Below, one piece after another: positions 58,681 through 63,308 of a stretch of DNA of 63,308 bases (position 1 is the first letter of the stretch; the number at the start of each line of letters is the position of its first letter). Made by a program: the position numbers and the translations under genes. This stretch comes from an uncultured Bacteroidales bacterium (GTDB taxonomy: Bacteria; Bacteroidota; Bacteroidia; Bacteroidales; UBA932). The notes beneath the pieces are model-generated. The model saw only the letters and a list, made by a program, of their open reading frames with translations. It made no database searches and was not told the DNA's origin. The stretch covers positions 1 to 63,308 of the forward strand of contig CAMVJR010000001.1 of NCBI GenBank assembly GCA_947167855.1. The letters are read 5' to 3'.

Positions 58681-59355
58681 ATGGACCCCGTTAAAGTCAT
58701 CGAGATCAAAAAAAGCATCTTTGAAGACAATGAGGTTGATGCAGATAATTTACGGAAAGAGCTCAAAGCCAAGGGCGTTTTCCTGCTTAACCTAATGTCT
58801 TCGCCGGGCAGTGGCAAAACCACCACGCTCATCCAGACCATCCGTCTGCTTAAGGAAAAACTTCGTATCGCCGTCATGGAGGCCGATATAGACTCCAACG
58901 TAGACGCCGTCAAAATCAAGGAGGCCACCGGCATCCCGTCCATCCAGCTGCATACCGGCGGCATGTGCCACCTGGATGCGGAAATGACCCGCCAGGGCCT
59001 GGACAACGTGGACCTGGAAGGCCTGGACCTGGTGATCCTGGAGAATGTAGGCAACCTGGTATGCCCGGCCGAGTTTGACACCGGCAGCTGTAAGAACGCC
59101 ATGATCCTGAGCGTACCGGAAGGCCACGACAAGCCCCTCAAGTACCCCCTCATGTTCTCCATCTGCGACGTGGTGGTCATTAACAAGATGGACGTCCTCC
59201 CCTACTTTGACTTTGACCTGGACAAGTGCAAGGAGTACGTGCACATGCGCAATCCCAAGGCACAGGTGATTCCCATCTGCGCCAAGAGCGGGGAAGGCGT
59301 GGAAAACTTTGCCGGATGGCTCCTGCAGGAAGTAAAAAACTGGAAAAACCAATAG
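58681..59355 (+). CDS. hypB: Nickel-insertion GTPase HypB
   Basis: SSPGSGKTT, GGMCHLDA, ENVGNLVCPAEF, DKPLKYP and NKMD motifs. Confidence 0.95.
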   Translation: MDPVKVIEIKKSIFEDNEVDADNLRKELKAKGVFLLNLMSSPGSGKTTTLIQTIRLLKEKLRIAVMEADIDSNVDAVKIKEATGIPSIQLHTGGMCHLDAEMTRQGLDNVDLEGLDLVILENVGNLVCPAEFDTGSCKNAMILSVPEGHDKPLKYPLMFSICDVVVINKMDVLPYFDFDLDKCKEYVHMRNPKAQVIPICAKSGEGVENFAGWLLQEVKNWKNQ

Positions 59356-59358
59356 CCT

Positions 59359-62184
59359 ATGCCTGAGATGTCCAACAAGTTTGTCCCCAAACACAAGGGA
59401 GACAAAAACCCCAATCCCAAGCTTTTGAAATTCGTACGCCACGTCACGGACCGCATACCCGGTAAAATCAAGATGGACACCGACGCCCCGGAATACTGGG
59501 GCCTGGCCTGCATCTTTGAGGACGAGATGGACGCTGTAACCCGCGAAGCCTCGCTGGACCTGCTGCTGGACATGCTCCCGGGCAATTTCTTCAAGGTTCG
59601 CAAGCACCACAGCTATGCCACCCTGCATGAGATGAACGCCCAGAAGCACTACACACCGGACGACAAAAGCTTTGACGACCTCCTGGACAAGCTGGCGTAC
59701 TTTGGCATGCTGGAGTACGACTACGGAGACAAATACACCAAAGACGGCCCCGTTCCCGGCACGTCTTTCGAGCGTGAGGCCCGCATCTACTGGGTCCCCA
59801 TGTTCGTTCCCGGCAGTGCGGAATACACCAACATGAACGTGGAGCTCATGGACAAGCATCCGGAGCTGGCCATGTTCTTTGAGCGCATGACCTTCCTCCC
59901 GCTGGAGAAGATCACCCCCATGGTGCCCATGGGCGGCAGCGGAATCGGCATGCACGTGATTCCCGTAGAGAAGGCCATCTCCATGGAGAACGAATCCATT
60001 GACATAGAGCATATTTCCTACTGGCTCAAGCGCTACGAAGGTCACCTGGGCGTGGGCATCTGCAGCTGCCGCTACGGCCGCAAGAAGCTGGACGAAGGCT
60101 GCGCCGACGACTATCGCGACTGGTGCATCGGCGTAGGAGACATGGCTGACTATCTGGCCGAAACGGGCCGCGGCCACTACATCACCTACGAGGAAGCCAT
60201 GGCCATCCTCAAGAAGGCCGAAGACCACGGCTTTGTACACCAGGTTACCAACATCGACGGAGAGGGCAAGATCTTCGCCATCTGCAACTGCAACGTCAAG
60301 ATCTGCAACGCCCTCCGTACCTCCCAGCTCTTCAATACGCCCAATTTGAGCCGCAGCGCCTATGTGGCCGAGGTAGACCCCAAGAACTGCGTGGCCTGCG
60401 GCCGCTGCGTGGAGTACTGCCCCGCCGGCGCCGTCAAGCTGGGCCAGAAGCTCTGCACCAAGAGCGGTCCCCAGACGTATCCCAAGCAGGAACTGCCGGA
60501 TGCATCGGCCTGGGGTCCTCACAAATGGAATGAAGACTACCGGGACCGCAACCGCATCAACTGCTACCCCACCGGTACGTCTCCCTGCAAGACCGCCTGC
60601 CCGGCCCACATTGCCGTACAGGGCTATCTGAAGAAGGCGGCCGAAGGCAAATACACGGAGGCCCTGGAGCTCATCAAACGGGAGAATCCCCTCCCCGCCG
60701 TGTGCGGACGCGTCTGCAACCGCCGCTGCGAGGACGCCTGCACCCGCGGAACCATTGACCGCGCCGTAGCCATCGACGCCGTCAAGAAGTTCATCGCAGA
60801 GCAGGACCTCAACGCAGAGACCCGCTTTATCCCGGAGGTCAACATCTGCTCCAACGTAGAAGAACGCTGGCCCCAGAAGATCGCCATCATCGGCGGCGGC
60901 CCGGCCGGCCTCAGCTGCGCTTACTATTTAGCCACCATGGGTTACAAGCCCACCCTCTTCGAGCGCAACCCGGAACCCGGCGGCATGCTCCGCTACGGCA
61001 TCCCTTCCTACAAGCTGGACAAGGAGGTCTTAAAGGCCGAAATTGACATCATGCGAGAGATTGGAGTTGATATCCGCTGCGGCGTGGAAGTGGGCAAGGA
61101 CGTCACCATAGAGAGCCTCCGGAAAGAAGGCTACAAGGGTTTCTACGTGGCCATCGGCTGCCAGGGCGGCAAACTGCCCGGCATCCCCGGAGAAACGCTG
61201 GAAGGCACCACCACCGCCATCGACTTCCTGCACGAGGCCAACTGCGGAGCCAAGAAGCTCAAGGGCAAGGTGGTTGTGGTTGGCGGCGGCAACGTGGCCA
61301 TCGACGCGGCCCGCGTGGCCAAGCGCAGCGGCGCCTCGGAGGTCACCATGCTGTCCCTGGAAACGGAGGACATCATGCCCGCCAGCCTGGAAGAAAGGGC
61401 CGAAGCCCGCGAGGACGGAGTGGTCCTCATGCCCGGCTGGGGTCCCAAGGAGGTCCTGGGAGAAGGCAAGGTCTCCGGCATCGTCTTCAAGAAATGCACC
61501 TCCGTCTTCAACGCAGAGCACAAGTTTGCACCTGAGTACGATGAAAATGAGCTCGTTACATTAGAGGCCGATAAGATCATCTTCGCCATTGGCCAGACGG
61601 TGCTCCTGAAGGACCTGCTCCAAGATACCAAGGTAGAATTCTTCCGGGGCGTATACCCGGTGGCCGACAAACTCACCTACCAGACCGCCGAGCCGGATAT
61701 CTTCGTAGGAGGAGACGTCTTCACCGGTCCCAAGTTTGCCATTGACGCCATAGCCGCCGGCAAGGAGGCCGCCGAAAGCCTGCACCGCTTTGTGCAGCAC
61801 GGTCACATGACCATCGGCCGCAACCGCCGCGACTTCATAGAACTCAACAAGGAAGACATCCTGGTAGAGCAATACGACAACAGCTCCCGTCAGGATCCGG
61901 GCGTCTACCAAGACCGGAAACCCTTCCAGGAGTACGCCAAGACCCTCACGGAGGAACAGGTGCGAAAGGAAACGGCCCGTTGCCTCAGTTGCGGAGCCTC
62001 TGTGGTGGATGAAAACCGTTGCATCGGTTGTGGTATCTGCACCACCAAGTGCGGCTTTGACGCCATCCACCTCCATCGGGTCCATCCGGAAGCTTCCGTC
62101 ATGAGAACCTCAGAAGACAAATTCGATGGAATATTGCCTTACATGATTAAGAGAACAGGAAAGATATTGTTTAAGAAGAAATGA
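59359..62184 (+). CDS. Multi-FeS NAD(P)/FAD oxidoreductase (GltD/SudA-like core with N- and C-terminal FeS domains)
   Basis: CSCR..C..CNC..C, CVACGRCVEYCP, PCKTACP, CGRVC, GGGPAG, GGGNVAID, CLSC and CIGCGICTTKC. Confidence 0.9.
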   Translation: MPEMSNKFVPKHKGDKNPNPKLLKFVRHVTDRIPGKIKMDTDAPEYWGLACIFEDEMDAVTREASLDLLLDMLPGNFFKVRKHHSYATLHEMNAQKHYTPDDKSFDDLLDKLAYFGMLEYDYGDKYTKDGPVPGTSFEREARIYWVPMFVPGSAEYTNMNVELMDKHPELAMFFERMTFLPLEKITPMVPMGGSGIGMHVIPVEKAISMENESIDIEHISYWLKRYEGHLGVGICSCRYGRKKLDEGCADDYRDWCIGVGDMADYLAETGRGHYITYEEAMAILKKAEDHGFVHQVTNIDGEGKIFAICNCNVKICNALRTSQLFNTPNLSRSAYVAEVDPKNCVACGRCVEYCPAGAVKLGQKLCTKSGPQTYPKQELPDASAWGPHKWNEDYRDRNRINCYPTGTSPCKTACPAHIAVQGYLKKAAEGKYTEALELIKRENPLPAVCGRVCNRRCEDACTRGTIDRAVAIDAVKKFIAEQDLNAETRFIPEVNICSNVEERWPQKIAIIGGGPAGLSCAYYLATMGYKPTLFERNPEPGGMLRYGIPSYKLDKEVLKAEIDIMREIGVDIRCGVEVGKDVTIESLRKEGYKGFYVAIGCQGGKLPGIPGETLEGTTTAIDFLHEANCGAKKLKGKVVVVGGGNVAIDAARVAKRSGASEVTMLSLETEDIMPASLEERAEAREDGVVLMPGWGPKEVLGEGKVSGIVFKKCTSVFNAEHKFAPEYDENELVTLEADKIIFAIGQTVLLKDLLQDTKVEFFRGVYPVADKLTYQTAEPDIFVGGDVFTGPKFAIDAIAAGKEAAESLHRFVQHGHMTIGRNRRDFIELNKEDILVEQYDNSSRQDPGVYQDRKPFQEYAKTLTEEQVRKETARCLSCGASVVDENRCIGCGICTTKCGFDAIHLHRVHPEASVMRTSEDKFDGILPYMIKRTGKILFKKK

Positions 62185-62185
62185 T

Positions 62186-62312
62186 GAACCAGAGGACACC
62201 CTCTCAAAACTACGCTCCTTCGGAGCTATCCCTCCCACGGCCTTCGGCCGCGGGCCCCTCCCGTTCACAGAGACACGGGCGTCTATGGTTTTGAGAAGGT
62301 GTCCTCTGGTTC
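62186..62312. repeat. 127-bp element with 25-bp terminal inverted repeats (MITE/REP-like)
   Basis: GAACCAGAGGACACCCTCTCAAAAC / GTTTTGAGAAGGTGTCCTCTGGTTC (1 mismatch); two internal C(TTCG)G hairpins. Confidence 0.85.
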
Positions 62313-62325
62313 CACAACTTATCAT

Positions 62326-62667
62326 ATGCATGAGCTGGGCATAGTGTTCTATATTATCCGGGACGTGAAAAAGGTTGCGGAGGAGAACCATGTGCCGCTG
62401 GTGAAGACGGTGGTGATGAATATCGGAGAGGTATCCACGGTAGTGCCGGAGTATTTGACGGACTGCTGGCGCTGGGCGGCCGATAAGGAGGAAGTGCTGA
62501 AGGGATGCGAACTCAGATGTAACATCCTGAAGGCGGTCACAACCTGCAATGCCTGCGGAGCAGAGTATGCCACAGTGGAGCATGGGAAGATATGCCCGCT
62601 GTGTGGAAGTGAAGACACGGTGCTCAAATGCGGAAATGAAGTAGAAATCAAAGAAATAGAAGTATGA
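62326..62667 (+). CDS. hypA: Nickel metallochaperone HypA
   Basis: MHE N-terminus, IGE, CNAC and CPLC. Confidence 0.95.
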   Translation: MHELGIVFYIIRDVKKVAEENHVPLVKTVVMNIGEVSTVVPEYLTDCWRWAADKEEVLKGCELRCNILKAVTTCNACGAEYATVEHGKICPLCGSEDTVLKCGNEVEIKEIEV

Positions 62668-62954
62668 GTTGTTACATTGTACCCCTTGTGGAAGCGGCCG
62701 TTGTGAGCGTGTGCCGCAAGGCCGGCGTCAAGTCTGGTTTCATCGGCCGTCATCTGGCTTCTCTGGAGCTGATGCTCTGGGGAGGCAGCGTGATGCTGGT
62801 AGTAGATCATGCCATCAACGGCGAGCTGTTTGCCTGGACGCCTTTGGAGATGCTCAAGGTAGGCGTGCCCATGGCCGTAGGCCTCACCTTTGTATGGCTG
62901 ATTTACGCCTTATTGAAAGAAAAGAAAGCAGAGAAAGCTATATCCACTAAATAA
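62664..62954 (+). CDS. Small membrane protein
   Basis: LMLWGG..MLVVDH..NGEL motif, hydrophobic; ATGA overlap with hypA. Confidence 0.75.
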   Translation: MSCYIVPLVEAAVVSVCRKAGVKSGFIGRHLASLELMLWGGSVMLVVDHAINGELFAWTPLEMLKVGVPMAVGLTFVWLIYALLKEKKAEKAISTK

Positions 62955-62963
62955 CCCTAAACT

Positions 62964-63308
62964 ATGTTTTTCCAAGTCTATGGGGCACATGCCCTTCCTC
63001 AGTGGGCCATGATGATCGTGGTCCTGCTGGGCCTCATTCTCCTGAATGAGTTTGCCCGCCGCACCAAATTTGGCGGCATCTTCACCTTCCTGGTGGTTCC
63101 CCTGGCCCTTACCGTGTACTTCGTAGCCATCTGGCTGGGCGTACGCAACGGTTCCCAGTGGGCCCTGGAAAACCAGACCCACGTGTACATGCAAGGCTGG
63201 TTCCACTATGCCAAGCTGTACGCGGCAACGGCCGGCTGTATCGGCTTCATGATGATTAAGTACAAATGGGGCATCGGCGCCAAGCACTGGTTCAAACCGT
63301 TCCCCTTC
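62964..63308 (+). CDS. DUF5692-family membrane protein (runs off the window)
   Basis: Manual translation MFFQVYG...LNEFARRTK...GWFHYAKLYAATAGCIGF. Confidence 0.8.
   Translation, partial: MFFQVYGAHALPQWAMMIVVLLGLILLNEFARRTKFGGIFTFLVVPLALTVYFVAIWLGVRNGSQWALENQTHVYMQGWFHYAKLYAATAGCIGFMMIKYKWGIGAKHWFKPFPF

Noticed and set aside
58681-62667. NiFe hydrogenase operon or glutamate synthase
   Set aside because: No large or small hydrogenase subunit, no HypCDEF and no gltB; the oxidoreductase has extra domains beyond GltD.

Overview
A GC-rich chromosomal window from a Bacteroidales genome. The evidence is the TAnnTTTG -7 promoters, TonB receptors and type V pilins; the gene content suggests a rumen or gut lineage, which is inference. 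It starts with tRNA-Ala(GGC). About 28 kb of small housekeeping and accessory genes follow: dtd, proC, RidA, ZIP, NhaC, GH5, EamA transporters, and three paralogous APH-like kinases, two of which flank a secreted Cys-phosphatase. Next is an ~18 kb type V (Mfa/Fim-like) pilus locus with a divergent multi-component signalling operon, then a codB plus unusual phosphoribosyltransferase pair. After that come a TonB receptor preceded by a His/CxxC/RAPP leader ORF, anmK and an M23 peptidase. The window ends with a hypB / large FeS-flavoprotein / hypA / membrane protein / DUF5692 operon that has no hydrogenase or urease in view. The best leads are the orphan HypAB-flanked oxidoreductase, the putative metal-sensing ribosome-arrest leader, the kinase-less pseudo-receptor in the pilus regulatory operon, the kinase-phosphatase-kinase module, tRNA 3'-end fragments flanking a macro-like gene, and several families of structured intergenic repeats. 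All family assignments are from motif recognition by eye; no database searches were run.
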